Shown: positions 1-14,139 of the stretch, in pieces
Layout of the letters: each line of letters opens with the position of its first letter
Position numbering within the stretch: the first letter of the stretch is position 1
From: Chrysomallon squamiferum
Taxonomy: Eukaryota; Animalia; Mollusca
Direction: 5' to 3'
Length of the DNA: 64,000 bases
NCBI GenBank assembly: GCA_012295275.1
Contig: CM022678.1
Location: forward strand, 124,001-188,000
Position numbers and translations under genes: made by a program
The notes under the pieces: generated by a model
The model's database searches: none
What the model was told of the DNA's origin: nothing
The model's input: only the letters and a program-made list of their open reading frames with translations

Positions 1-1065
1 TATTCACTTTTCAGTAGACTGAACATAATGAGCCACCTTATCAGTGATGTATTAATCGTATATCACTAGTTAGGTGAAGATTTATTAACAGTTATCGCTG
101 ACGTATTAAACAGCGTTCTAACCCCAGAACTAAACCCGATGCATCCGTTCATTGACCCCAGAACGATACACTAAACAGCGCCTTTGTTTACAGCAGAAGA
201 TCGAGCATATATTATGATAATGATATCGATTGACGTCACAACAAGGGCGAGTAACTCTCTTTGGTTCTCTTACTGAAATACATTGAAGCGACGTTGTTGG
301 AAACATCGCTCTAGAAATACATCGGTAACAACATTAGTAAAGATTATTATTTCTCGTTCTAGCTAAAGGTTCAAATCAGATTCTGATGTTTCTGCCTTCG
401 TATGTTTGAGAAAAAACGCGTAAAAGATGTTTATAACAAACTGCTATTGGAATGTATAAAAATGTGTGTGTGTGTGTTTGGGCGTTGTTATTGTGTGTAT
501 TTACATCGTTGGCATTTGCTTTTTTTTATTATTATATACTTTTTTATTTCATTAATGCTATTTTTTTTTAGGAAATGGATCATCTACTTCCAGAAACCAG
601 ACGTGAAAAAACACATGAGCAGTTGTAACAAGATTCTTGACATTTGCCATTAAATGCCTTCACAAACACTGACAACAGAACAGCTGTTACTTTTATTATT
701 CAGTAACTGAACACATTTCTAACCCTAAACCTACATTACAGGCACTGTCACTTCACGAATACATCAATTTGTAACCTTTTCTCAAATCACTAAAACTTAA
801 TATTTTTTTTTTCATTTAGTCGCAGAACAAAAATAAACCAGGCATGAAAAGAAACATTTAAAAAATTGACTATAAATAGAAAGGTTAAAAGATTATTTAT
901 TCATTAAGAAAAAAATCCAGTTTGGTCAGGTGACGGTTTTAAATTAAACACCCTCCCCCCACCTCATTATCTTTTGTATCCTTTTTTGAAAGAACGCATT
1001 TAAGTAAAATATGTAAAGATTTATAATAAAATCTTGTTAAATTCAGTTATCTTTATTCGTCTTTC

Positions 1066-1174
<109 letters not shown>

Positions 1175-1253
1175 CTATTGTTCAGTAAGATTATTTTTAG
1201 TAATTATTAATCAAATACAAGGCAAACATTCTGCATAAATTATGGTGATTAGA

Positions 1254-1292
<39 letters not shown>

Positions 1293-1807
1293 AAGGAAAT
1301 AAAAATAATTGTAATAAAGTAATAATAAAATAAGATCATTTAAAAAAAACAAAAAACTACTGGATTTATTGGAACAAAAATCTGCGGGAAATAAAATAAT
1401 AAAAGTAAAAATAAAAATAAAATGGCGCGCGTTCTGTTTCACTGAAATAACACTCAACGTCGTATTGTTATTACTTTACGCACACTGAACGTAACCGCAT
1501 TCTGTGAGTGTGGAAATAAATGCTGACATGTAATATCTCTGTTTACCTCGCTTTAGCCCGCCTGAACCGAGAGCAATGTAAACATGGACGACACCCTATC
1601 GTATTTCACGTCACAGGCTATAGTCACGTGATGTTTGACATTACTTTCTTTTACGGCGTCAAAACAGATACTTTTTTGTTGATTTGTTTCAAAGTACACT
1701 GTCTCGTTTATTACTGAGTAAAGTACGTAAAAGCCTCAAAGTACGATACGTTTATTCACTTCACATATAAACAAGAAAACTAAGTTAGAGAAAGCTATTC
1801 TTATTAA

Positions 1808-1851
<44 letters not shown>

Positions 1852-4361
1852 TTCTGTCGAGTTCACACACGAATATATATAAGATGATAATAAACAATGA
1901 GATTATTTTCAGTGTTTTTATCTCATCTACAGCCTAACTTTGTGGTTTAAATACACTTCTGATACAGTATGTTAAAAAAATAAAATAAACAAAAACAAAA
2001 TTAAATATATATATATATATATATAAAAATAATTGAAAAAGAATACTTCAGTTTTTTGAAATACGTGTAGCTATATTGCTTTCTAAACTGGTTTATATGT
2101 ATTCATTTTGTCAAATACAAATCGTTACTATTCTAAAACTGTAAAAAGTATTAATTATCAGCTCATCAACAGAATTCTGTTCTGTTACACACAACCAACA
2201 GACATCTGTGATGTGAATAAACAGATGGACAGACAGATACACAGAAAGTCAGTCAGACACACTGGCAGATAGATAGATAGGTAGGTAGGTAGGTAGATAG
2301 ACAGATAAAATATATACGCAGAAAGCCAAAGACAGACAGAGAAACGTATGGATAAATATGTAATTACAGAGGATGAACGGACAATAAACACATATACACA
2401 CTTAAATACAAACAATACATATACACATATACCTATATACATACATATACAAACACATATGTTTGTGTGTGTGTGCGTGTGTACAGAAAAATGATTAAAA
2501 CAGTGTGTACGATCCAGAATATAATATATTCTTCTAAGCTTGCTGTTTTTATATTTAGTCAAAGGAAGAAGGTCACGTGATACTGAATAATAACTGTTGA
2601 AGATAAACAAAAGATGACGATGATAATAATAACAAAACAACAAATTTATAACACACACATACACACACACGCACACATAAACAAATATTCGAAATGAAAG
2701 AGTGAAAGATTAACGATGTGTAAAGAAACATAATAAATAAATAAATAAATAAATAACACATGAAAGAAAAAATATGTATGTGTACAGGATAATGTAAAAA
2801 TAGAATAATCCAGATAAATTATTACGATAAATTTATAAAAATGGAAAATGTATTATTGTTGTTGTTGCAGTCATCATCATCGTTATTGTCAACATCATAA
2901 TTTGTTAATTAATTTATTATTGTTGTTGTTGTTTATATTTGTTGATTTTTAAAAAGCTTTAGTTTAGATGTGATGTTAATTAATGAGTTAATTCAGATGC
3001 TTATCACGATTTCCTATATAATAATAATAATCATAACAAAGAAGACAGAATACTGACTTAGCGAATGACACAGCGAAAATATGATCTGTCAGTTTTTACA
3101 AAATGTGCCGATTATTTTTTTGTAAACGGAATAGTCAATCATAATTATTTTATTCTTCTATTGTCGGATCGTGACATCGTTTTTTTTTTTTTTATTTTTT
3201 TTTCTACTTTTTTTTTTTTTTTTTTTTAAGAATGAGACACATAGTCATTTGAAATAGCAGTTCAATAGAAAATTCAGGATTCTGTAACAAATATAGAACA
3301 ATGTCACGTTTTCTTTTTTACTGAATAAGAAATTAGAGACTGTTACTATAGAAAACAATGACGTCACTGCTGACTGAATGGAAATGAAACAAGAGAAAGA
3401 TATAAGTGACGTCACTATTTGTTTTTCGCACGGGTAGCTAGCACAACGAGATAGCGTTACACGCTGTGACGTAACTGGTATATTTATCATGTATTATGAG
3501 TAATAGGTGTAACTGTAAACATTAGTCACCGAACATTACAGTATTCACATGTCTTTATATTATTCTGATTTCAAAACAAAAATAAATAAATAAATATGAT
3601 AAATAAGTTTCTTTTATATTAACATACAACCTAAATATCTTTTTCCCACCTAATTAATGAACACTAATTACAGTAAGTAAGATATTTTTATTAATAAATT
3701 AATTAAAGTTTATATTTGTATTTCTGTGCGTTTCCTCATATCTTGTTATTATTGTATAGTGTTACTTTATTTTTATTTTGTATAACTAGCTGTAGCGAGC
3801 GCGTAATAAAATATTACATGTTACCCTTTTGAACTAGTACTCGGTTTTTATCTAGCGATAAAAAAATAAAGAGAGAGAAGAAGAACAACAACAATAATAT
3901 AAAATCACATATAAAGGAATATTATGTCAGTATTTTGTCACGTTTCAAATATAAACACACAGATGCACACACACGAACACACACAGATTATCATTAATAA
4001 TAATATAGGTAAAATTCCCACATTGCCTGTATTCCAAGTGTTAGCAACAAGTTCTATTAAATTCACAAAAATTGAAAAGATTTCAAACATCAGTTATGTG
4101 AAAATTATCTGATGAGCCACTGACAAGCTTTGATCCAGCAGTCGTCCGCATGTTACAGTTTTGAAACGGTTAAGCTTGTAATTAGTAATAACAGAAAATA
4201 AATATATAAATAATTGCTTTTGTACTATTATTATCTTCAGTTCTTACTCTTGTTGTTGTTATTTATTTATTCAAAGTTATTTTTGTTTTCATTACTGGGA
4301 TAATGTTTGTTCAAAATTCTTGTTCAGGGACGACACCCAGCTGGTTGAACGATCGTTTAGT

Positions 4362-5175
4362 TGTCTGGGTGCTGCAAGCTGGTTGTGCGAGTTCGTAGTG
4401 ACGTCACGCTGCTGACACGTCAGTGTTGTTGTCTGTGTGCTGCAAGCTGGTTGTGCGAGTTCGTAGTGACGTCACGCTGCTGACACGTCAGTGTTGTTGT
4501 CTGGGTGCTGCAAGCTGGTTGTGCGAGTTCGTAGTGACGTCACGCTGCTGACACGTCAGTGTTGTTGTCTGGCTGCTGCAAGCTGGTTGTGCGAGTTCGT
4601 AGTGACGTCACGCTGCTGACACGTCAGTCTTGTCTGTGTGCTGCAAGCTGGTTGTGCGAGTTCGTAGTGACGTCACGCTGCTGACACGTCAGTGTTGCTG
4701 TCTGGGTGCTGCAAGCTGGTTGTGCGAGTTCGTAGTGACGTCACGCTGCTGACACGTCAGTCTTGTTGTCTGTGTGCTGCAAGCTGGTTGTGCGAGTTCG
4801 TAGTGACGTCACGCTGCTGACACGTCAGTCTTCTTGTCTGGGTGCTGCAAGCTGGTTGTGCGAGTTCGTAGTGACGTCACGCTGCTGACACTTCAGTGTT
4901 GTTTTCTGGGTGCTGCAAGCTGGTTGTGCGAGTTCGTAGTGACGTCACGCTGCTGACACGTCAGTGTTGTTGTCTGGGTGCTGCAACTGGTTGTGCGAGT
5001 TCGTAGTGACGTCACGCTGCTGACACGTCAGTGTTGTTGTCTGGGTGCTGCAAGCTGGTTGTGCCAGTTCGTAGTGACGTCACGCTGCTGACACGTCAGT
5101 CTTGTTGTCTGGGTGCTGCAAGCTGGTTGTGCAAGTTCGTAGTGACGTCACGCTGCTGAGACGTCAATCTTCTTG
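4362..5175. repeat. 68-bp minisatellite, about 12 copies, each containing GTGACGTCAC
   Basis: Unit tgtctgggtgctgcaagctggttgtgcgagttcgtagtgacgtcacgctgctgacacgtcagtgttgt; units start at 4362 and 4430 (period 68). Confidence 0.95.
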
Positions 5176-5667
5176 TCGACATTTTACATGAGTTTGTCCT
5201 CAATCAATTCTGCGACAAACCACTACCGTAAAGCTCTTAATAACCTACTTTTGTTTGTTACTCGAATAGGGTGCGTCATTCCTTTTGTTACGCACAGGTA
5301 AAATAATAACTCAGTTTTTGTAAATAAACGTTGGTTCAAGAACACATGATGGTATGAATTTACATTTAAAAAAAATAAAGAAAGAAAGAAAAAAAAATCG
5401 GTCACGAAGCAAAAGCAAAGTTCGTAGTCGATAGCAACAGTTTATTTTGAAGTGCACACAGTCTATACATATTTTTTAATGTATTCGCTATTGCAAAGAC
5501 TCACCTGTACTTTGAGTAACAGGATTTAGAAATAAGATTTAAGAGACCTACATTCAGGTGTGTGTCTCTGTGTGTCATAATGAAAATAATAAATGAATAA
5601 ATGAATAAAAGGTAAACTATTGTACTTATGATATAGCTCAATGGTTTCCGAAATCTATATTTACTGT

Positions 5668-5827
5668 GATGGGTCCCAAACCAATCTACACGTTTTTATT
5701 TATTCCTCCTTCCAAGTCAAGTTGAAAAAATCTAAACCATACCCTGGCTCAAGAACAATCTCGCGACCCCCAGAAAAAAGGCTGGCAACCTTTCTGGGGT
5801 TCGCGATACTCAGGGTGAAAACCTATG
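5668..5827. mobile_element. Dispersed repeat, probable end of a non-autonomous hAT-type element (copy 1)
   Basis: Highly similar to 13553-13711; ends in gggtgaaaacctatg, which resembles a hAT TIR on the reverse strand. Confidence 0.6.
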
Positions 5828-5852
5828 ATTTAGCGGTAGTAGTAACACTGAC

Positions 5853-5912
<60 letters not shown>

Positions 5913-6599
5913 AGTAAAATAATAAAAGATAATAATAATAAAAACAAAGATAAATAAATAAAAATAAGAAACTTGAACAGGACTACAAATTCTTACAAAG
6001 AAATACGAGCTTAAACCTTTCATTGTGGAATAACTGTCACAGGTATCGGATTATTAACATGAAGTATAAACAGAGCTGTTAGAAGTATTAATCTGTTGTT
6101 ATGACAGTTAAAAATAAACTTGACGTCAGTGCAAATTACTATTATTACTGTTTACTTTCTGACTGCTAAATGTTTATTTCATCACTGACGCACGGAAATT
6201 GACCAGTTAGTTCACAGACTCGTTTAGCTGGTAGAGATGTTCTGTTTCAGGTTTTCTTTTTCTTCTTCTTCTTCTTTTTATTTTATTTTTATTTTTAAAT
6301 TTTAATCTCGCAAAAAAGGACGAGAAACATCTTGCGCCAGTGGAAATGTTAACGTAGCTTTTTAACCCGGGCAGACGTAAATTCGAAAGGTCGCGAGTCG
6401 ACGATCGTCTGCAGTGTCTAAACTAAACCAGATAACTCTTTGACAGTACCAGTAGAGTTCTCTCCTTTCATTTATTCGAAAATAATCTTTTTATCACGTA
6501 TTATAACTATCTGATCGGCAGAACTAAATCTTTGGCGCCCTAAAGCTTCAACTTTTATGAGAAGCTTTCGAAATCAGCAACGAGATCTGCGTCACCATT

Positions 6600-6885
6600 T
6601 TTATTATGTCCTGTGGGTTTCTTCCGTGACAGCTTTAAAAGTGTATTTACGGTCTGTTAGATTCATCTTTGTATGCAGTTTAGCATTTTGAATGTTCTCT
6701 GTCTTATGTACGTCTGATTAGACTCTGCACATAGACAATATTCGGGAATGCACTGGCGCAGGAGGACAAAGTCCAATCACGACCACACAAAACCCGTTAG
6801 ATGCCGCTGATGAGACTCGAACATACGGCACCCATTCGTCCACACTTCGAAGGCGGACGATGTAACTGTTCGGCCACCGAGAGAA
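6600..6885 (-). mobile_element. tRNA-derived SINE (degenerate)
   Basis: Minus strand shows A-box-like TGGCCGAACAG (about 6866-6876) and B-box GTTCGAGTC (about 6814-6822) with no complete cloverleaf; the 3' boundary is approximate. Confidence 0.55.
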
Positions 6886-7571
6886 CCATAAAAAAAAGTT
6901 GCTCAGTAACCGATGTAATCATCGCTTCCCACGAAGGACGCCGTTCTTTGTCTTTCGTCATTTCTGCGTGAATCTATTTCTCTTGTGAGAAACTGGCCAT
7001 TCTCAAGTATATAGTTTAGGGTTTTGAATATTATATGTATGTATGTGTGTGTGTGCATTATGTATGTATTTATGTATGTATGTTTCATATTCTATCAACA
7101 ATACTTATCAATGAAAGTAAAAAGTTTATCCTTTTTTTTCACGGATTATTATTATTGACTAATTTATTTCATAATAATTGCAGATATGCTGTGTAAAATT
7201 AATACTCGTTCAGTCTCACCATAGACAAATAGAAACATGAGAGAGAAAGAATGTAAAAAAAAGAGAAAGAAAGAAAAAAATAAAAAAAAAAAGTAAGTGA
7301 ATAAATAAATAAATACATAAAAATAACCAAAGCAACCTCAAACGATTTAAATTAATAATATGAGACTTATATGATTCTGGAGAGAAAAGACGGAGAGACA
7401 GTTAATAACAAAACAGAAAAGAAAGAAAACTTAAATAACTTGCCTGCAGCCTGAGCTGTTGAATCTGCTTTGTATTTATTAACAAATATATCTGTTACCA
7501 GGTCCTAATTTTTTATATACTGTTATATATAAATAACTTGCTACTTTTAAATAAATAAATATAAAATGTTT

Positions 7572-7697
<126 letters not shown>

Positions 7698-8399
7698 TCA
7701 GAGAGTGAGTTAAGCAGACAGAAATACTCAAACACACAGAAAAAAGTACGTAAAAATATCTTATTAATATATGCACTCAAGACCTTCTGGCTCTAACTCT
7801 GATTAATTATTAAGCAGTCGACAGAAACAGAAATCGAATATTCACCTCTAAATACTTACTTGACAGTACCAGGTTTCCAGGAAAACATAGATACATACAG
7901 AAAATACGAAATGTTACTGGGCAGCCTTTTCAAGACAGACACACAGACAGCATCACATACAATTGCGAGGCTACATTTAAAAGTACATTCCATCTGAGTT
8001 TGTTATTAGTTTTTTGTTTTCTAAACCAACCTTTCATAAGTATGAAGTACAAAAGCAATATAATATATCGGTGTATATAATATACACTTTATTCTGTTTT
8101 AACAGTTTATTAACATAGACCATGATCATACAGTGTAATTGCTATTAGTAAATTAATAATAATCATAATCATAACAACAACAAAACAACAACAACAACAA
8201 TAATAATACTCCTGCTATTTAATGACAAAAGTGTTTACTGGTAGAGTGGGAAATAATTCCTTTACCACTTGCATAAAGATGAAGCTTGAGTTATTTCCCC
8301 TTAGTGTTTCGAAGTTATTCTTAATTAATTGTAGATTCTGAATACGTAAGCTTCTGATACAATATCGTGGGAGTAGAAGAAGAAATAGAAAAAGAACAA

Positions 8400-11200
8400 C
8401 AACAATTATATTAACTTCGGAGTTTCAAATCAAACATGGATATCGACCGTTTCTAATAAACAGGAATCGTGTTCGTATATAACTGGTAAAATTACAAAAC
8501 GCTTAAAACGTGACACAGGATATAGACAAGGGGATCTGTTATTTCACTGTCTTTCCATCTTTTATGTTGAGAGTCTTGGAATCTTGGTAAGAAATAAGAA
8601 ACGTATATACAGGATTGATATAAACGGCAATGAATTTAGAAATTTCGCCGACGACACAACCTTGCTATTAGGTTAGTGTGATAAAACTCTGTGAGCGTCT
8701 GTGGAAACAAAATGTTTTACCGATATATCTGATCTTAAAGTTAATACATATCAAACAAATACAATAAACTTAGGGAAATACCAAATTAATCACAAAAAAA
8801 GATCTAATAAAACAAAAATTAAAATGGACTACATAATTCACAATACGGATTTGTGTCAAATACAAAATTTAAAATTATATGCAAAGTTGAATGCGGTTAA
8901 AAGGCTGCTTGAACAATGGTCAAAGTTTTCTTTCTCACCTCTGGAAAAATTACTGCAATCAAAAGTTTAGTTTCATCGAAAATTGTTTGTTTGTTTTTCT
9001 TCTCTGCCAAATCCAACAAACTGTTTCTTTAAAATATTAGAAACATATTTCTGGAACAAACAAACCCCGACAAAATATATAAAAAAATATTATTTCAGGA
9101 TTAAATATATAAATTCGAACCAATACATTGCTTGTCTTTTGTGTAACTGTTTATAATCTAGAGCGTCACTGATATTGGTTTATGGATCACCTACAGCAGC
9201 GGTTCTCAAACGTTTTGAAGTCGGGGCACACTTGAAGCCTTACAATAAATTCCGGGCACACTACACACAATATGCTAAGAAATATACTACAAAATGTAAA
9301 ATAAATTACAGAAATAACTGAAAGAAGAGTATAGACCTTTATTCATCATCTATTTGTTAAATAATAAATTAATAATAATAATAATAATAATGTTTACCGA
9401 CTGTTGAATACCTACATACTAATAGGCGGCTATTTATTGCATATTACAGGAAATGTAATAGAAATTAAAATATCCGTAAATCAATAAATTCATCAAGAAA
9501 ATAAATGCAAAAATAGTTTTTTTTAATTATTCAGTAAGTTTCATAGATAATGATAAAATAGTTTTGAGCCTGACGTGTTTTGGCAATTTCTTCAATGTTG
9601 AGGTGTATGTATGATAAGCAAACTCTCATTTCCTCATCAATAAACTGTTGATTTGTTCTTTTTTGCCACTTGATGTTCGTGAGAGTGGAAAATCCTAATT
9701 CGCATAAATATGATGTTGAAAAATGCAGAGAAATGGCTAAAGCTTTTCTGGATATAGACTGGTATGCTTCTCTGATTGAAATTCAAACTTTTTCAAGACT
9801 TGATTCCTTATATTTAACCTTCAATACACCATCAATGGATACAGCTGCTAGTTCTACTTGTTCGGTTAATGTTAAACTAGCATCATCTGAGATTTCTATC
9901 AATGGATTTCGAATGCAACCGTATTGTTCAGTGTTAAGTGATGCGAAATAATGATTTAATTTATCTTCCAAATTTGTCAGATGTTCAAGTATTAAGGGAA
10001 AGATGTCATTTATGCAAGTTTTTCTTGTCAAAGGAAACGTTTCCAAATTACCTTCAGAAGCTCTTCTCTTCGCATGCTAGTATTCAAAATACTGAAGTAC
10101 TGAAATATATCAGCCAAATGCGGTAATCTGCTAATCCAGAATTGACATCGAAGGAGTTCACGAAAGTGGTTTTGTTATCACAAATATCTATCTGGATCCT
10201 AGAAGTTCGTGGGGCACACCTAAGCATGTCTCCAGGCGCACTACAGGACACACCCTTTGAGATCCACTGACCTACAGTAAAGTTAAATTGCAGATATGTA
10301 CAAATCCCTTTTGGAAAAATGTATCAGATATATGCTCAAACTTTCTAGACAAATGTAAAGTCACAAGGGATAAGATAAAAATACTATGTCAATAGATTTA
10401 GTATGACGTTCATATTAAAACTGATAATAAATCAGATTATTATAAAACATTGTCAATGAAATGACTTTTATATTTTTAATATCTTTTTTCTAAAGCCAGC
10501 TGTCTTTCATGCATAGCATTCTGTTAAAAAACACCTAAAAAATAAACAAACAATATATATGTATAAGTTTAGACCACCATTTACAGTTTACAATGACTTG
10601 ATGCTAGCTATCAATATATAGTATAAACTGTCTTTATAAAACAAATAAGAAAACAAAATAGCAGCATATTTTGGGGAGTTCTGTGACAAATGGTGGACAA
10701 ATATACAGATCTTGTTTCGTTGAAGCTAACTACAGACATGCATTTGGTATTATATGGTATAAAAGGTTCAGATAAATGTGAATTTTATAATAAGCTTATG
10801 AAGATTTAATGTACATTGTTTCCTTATGGAAACAACTTCAGACATTCTGTAAATATATAATAATTATTTAGGAATAGAAAATGCAAATATATGCAAAGTT
10901 TTAATTGATTTTTCTATATTAGTTTTGCCAATGTCCACTTTTGTATGTTTCTTACAATGACTTATACTCTTATTTATATGAACAAATATATTTATATCTA
11001 AAACATTAATTCTTCATCATCATCATCTTCTTCTTCTTGTTCTTCTTCTTCTTCTTCTTCTTATTATTATTATTATAATTACGGTTGTTGTTTTTATTGA
11101 TGTGGTTGACACTTCTGTATTTTAACACATTAATTTCCTTTAACTTTTTTTTATCAAATATAATACTGCATCATTTGTAATCCAATACAATAAAAAGAAA
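8400..11200 (+). mobile_element. Degenerate Tx1/L1-clade LINE ORF2 (reverse transcriptase) relic, interrupted by a hAT insertion
   Basis: One frame from 8518 reads GYRQGDLLFHCLSIFYVESLGILVRNKKRIYRIDINGNEFRNFADDTT (RT QGD and FADD motifs), later WSKFSFSPLEK. After the hAT come NPFWKNV (about 10303) and an HxFW-like motif (about 10665). AATAAA and an A-rich tail lie at about 11189-11225. Many stops and frameshifts; ends approximate. Confidence 0.8.
9197..10269 (-). mobile_element. Internally deleted hAT (Buster/Charlie) DNA transposon carrying the transposase C-terminus
   Basis: TIRs cagcggttctcaaa (9197) and tttgagatccactg (ending 10269); identical 8-bp TSD ACCTACAG at 9189-9196 and 10270-10277. 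The minus strand encodes FSTSYLCELGFSTLTNIK...EEMRVCLS, typical of the hAT dimerisation domain (ZBED5/Buster-like). Confidence 0.92.
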
Positions 11201-11524
11201 AAAGAAAAGAAAAAAGAAAGAAAAATAGACCAAATTTTTATATATATATATAAGTGAAACAGATAAATAAGTTATAATAAAGAAATAAAGAAAGAAAGAA
11301 AGAAATAAAATAAAATAAAACTAAACATTATTACCACAACGATGAGTAAAAGTCACACCTGTGTTTAGATCACTCTGACTCCTAATATCTACATATAAAA
11401 AAGTGTCCGATATTTTATTATTCACCATTACATTGCATTTTTCATTATTATTTTTATTATTAGCCCTAAGAATTGTTATAGTTCTGAGTCCGAACAATTT
11501 CTTTTTGTCCTTCTCTCCATTCCA

Positions 11525-11570
<46 letters not shown>

Positions 11571-11586
11571 TGTTTATAATGAAAAC

Positions 11587-13087
11587 ATGGCCACATCAGC
11601 TGCAGTTTCAAGTTGGCAGACAGGTAAAAAACTAACGGAATGTATTGAACACATTTTTCGTACGAGAACAGACAGCGACGTCAGATTTGTTGTTGGACAA
11701 GATGAAACAATGGTTGAAGCACATCGGTTCATCCTCATGATACAAAGCGAAGTTTTCCACAAAATGATAACGTGAGAACTTCGCGAACAAAATAGCATCA
11801 AGTTGCCTGATGTGCAGGCAAATATTTGTACAGAGTTTTTTAAAGTATCTTAACAAATACAAACACAGGCACACGCGCAGCGACACAGGAACAAACACAT
11901 ATAGGAAGCGAGATATACATACCAACACGAACATTGATAACAATACAGTTTTTGTTAGTAATCTAATTATTTTCTAATTAATTAATCTCCCATAATTATT
12001 TCTCGTTATAGTTTTACTTCACATTCTATTACATATATCTTTACACGGATGACGTCGTCCTAACAGGCCACAACGTCACCGGTCTGCTGTATCTATCGAG
12101 GAAGTACATCGTCACGACACTTGAAGAACTGTGTGTACACTATTTGGAATCGTTGCTGTCGTCACAGAATGCGTGCGTCGTGCAGGAACAAGCTCACCTG
12201 TTTGATGAACATGATCTAAGAAGAAAACTCTGGACTTCATTTTGGCAAATGGCGACGAAGTTCTGAAGTCGGATGAAGTCACCGATCTTTGTCACGAATG
12301 TCTGGTTGAGATCGTACGATCAGACGAACTGACAGCAGACGAGAAAAATGTTTTCGAAGCCGCTGTGAAGTGGGCTGACAGCGCGTGCACGAAGCAAGGA
12401 GAAGAGACGAATGGAGAGAACATGCGCGAAGTACTGGGGGAGGCCGTGAAGCACGTGCGTTATCCATTACTCGATCAGAAGTATTTTGTAAAACACGTGA
12501 CACACACTAACAGACTCAGTGACACAGAAGGATTCAAGATTTGGAGACACTGGGTGAGCAGTGATGAAGATGTTTCACCTTTTAACTCAAACAAGAGAAC
12601 TTTAATGATGAAAACACAGAGTACAATAAACCGGTTTCGTAAAATGCGTTACGGCTGGTTCTTTTCTGGTAAATCTCATGAAGCCATTACTTTCTCTGTC
12701 AACAAAAACGCTTTACTTCGCGGATTTCAGTTGTACAGTCACAGTGAACCACGCAACTACGACGTCAGCGCCTTCGTCACTGACAGAAGAACAGACGAAA
12801 TACTTCACGGGTCTACGCTGACACAGAAATATAAAGACGTCGTGTCTGACGTGTATGACGTCGTGTTAAGACGTCCAGTGAAGATTACTAAAAACACTGA
12901 GTACAGCTTGTTTTTTAATATTAAGGGAGACTACTCATGGTTTGGAGATTTTGGTAAATCCGAAATTGTTGTAGACTCTTTTGTTTGTAGATTTTCTGAT
13001 TCAAAGAAATCTAAACACAGTGACAGAGAAGTTAGTCTTACACGTGTGTCATATGGACAGATACATGCTTTGTTATTTTTAGTGTGA
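11587..13087 (+). pseudogene. BTB/POZ-BACK-PHR protein (BTBD1/2/3/6 family), two exons, disabled
   Basis: Exon 1 (11587 to about 11844) has SDVRFVVG..AHRFIL..SEVFHKM with an in-frame TGA at 11773-11775. Exon 2 (about 12035-13087) has YLYTDDV..LYLSRKY..NACVV, BACK VFEAAVKWA..VRYPLL and PHR ending GQIHALLF. The acceptor reads CAT instead of CAG at 12032-12034, and there is a frameshift near 12225. Confidence 0.8.
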
Positions 13088-13552
13088 AAACAACATCGTT
13101 CAAATAATGTCAGTTTTAGTCATCTCTGGGATCATACTTTAATTTATTTATTTATTTTTATTTGTTTGTTTACGTTTTGTATTTCTGATGACGTCATAAC
13201 ACTTGATTTGAGATTTTTGATTTCTAATGGACTGCTTTCTGTCAAAAACGTGCATGATGTATATAAACATCTCATTTGTTATATATTATTTTACTGTCGT
13301 TATTAAATTAAATTTTTGTTTCGAATTTACTGTTTCTTTGTTTATATATGAGATATATATATATAAACAAAATGCAAATAAATTTCTTTTTGTATCATGA
13401 ATTTCACTTCGTTCATATTTGCATTTAATTTGTGTTTAGAAAGTAAACAAAGTAAGTAGATATAAGAATACATTAATCAAGTATTATTATTTTTATTATT
13501 TTGTAAAATTTTTATTTTTCTGCTTTGCCTCTCTCTCTCTCTCATTGATTAT

Positions 13553-13711
13553 GACGGGTCCCAAACCTATCTACACGTTTTTATTTGTTCTTCCTTCCAA
13601 GTCAAGTTGAAAAAGACTAAAACATACCCTCGCTCAAGAACGATTTCGCGACCCCCAGAAAAAAGGCTGCCTACTCCTGTGGAGTTGGCGACCCACAGGT
13701 TGAAAACCTGT
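13553..13711. mobile_element. Dispersed repeat, probable end of a non-autonomous hAT-type element (copy 2)
   Basis: Same sequence family and orientation as 5668-5827; ends in ggttgaaaacctgtg. Confidence 0.6.
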
Positions 13712-14139
13712 GCCCTTTACGTAACTAAATGAACATGATCACTATCACTATGTTAATACCAGAGTGAATTCACTCATTTCAAGTGTCAAAATCAGAGGTC
13801 TGAATAAATACGTATGACGCACACTTTGCTTTATTTTATTGAATTCGTCACAGACCGAACTAAAAAACGGCAACGTATCGAACTTTCAAATGCCAAATTA
13901 TTGTCACAAACTGCATACTGAACGCGTTAAAGCAATTATATCATTGATATTTTGAATATCAATAAAATTAATTTGTATACAAGTTTAGAAGAACTGTGTG
14001 TATTGTCAAACTCTAATCACAAGAGTAAACAATGAAGATGAGAGAAATAACGGAAGTCCCCTGATCGCAAAATGTGTTATGGAGATCGATGTACAAAACA
14101 GAGGCAAAATGTATAGATACATTCAACTTTCAAGTGATC

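Noticed and set aside
6805-6885. tRNA gene
   Set aside because: A- and B-box-like motifs are present, but there is no acceptor or anticodon stem pairing; better explained as a SINE head.
11773-11775. Selenocysteine or readthrough TGA in the BTB gene
   Set aside because: The position is normally Gly in this family, no SECIS was recognised, and other disabling lesions coexist.
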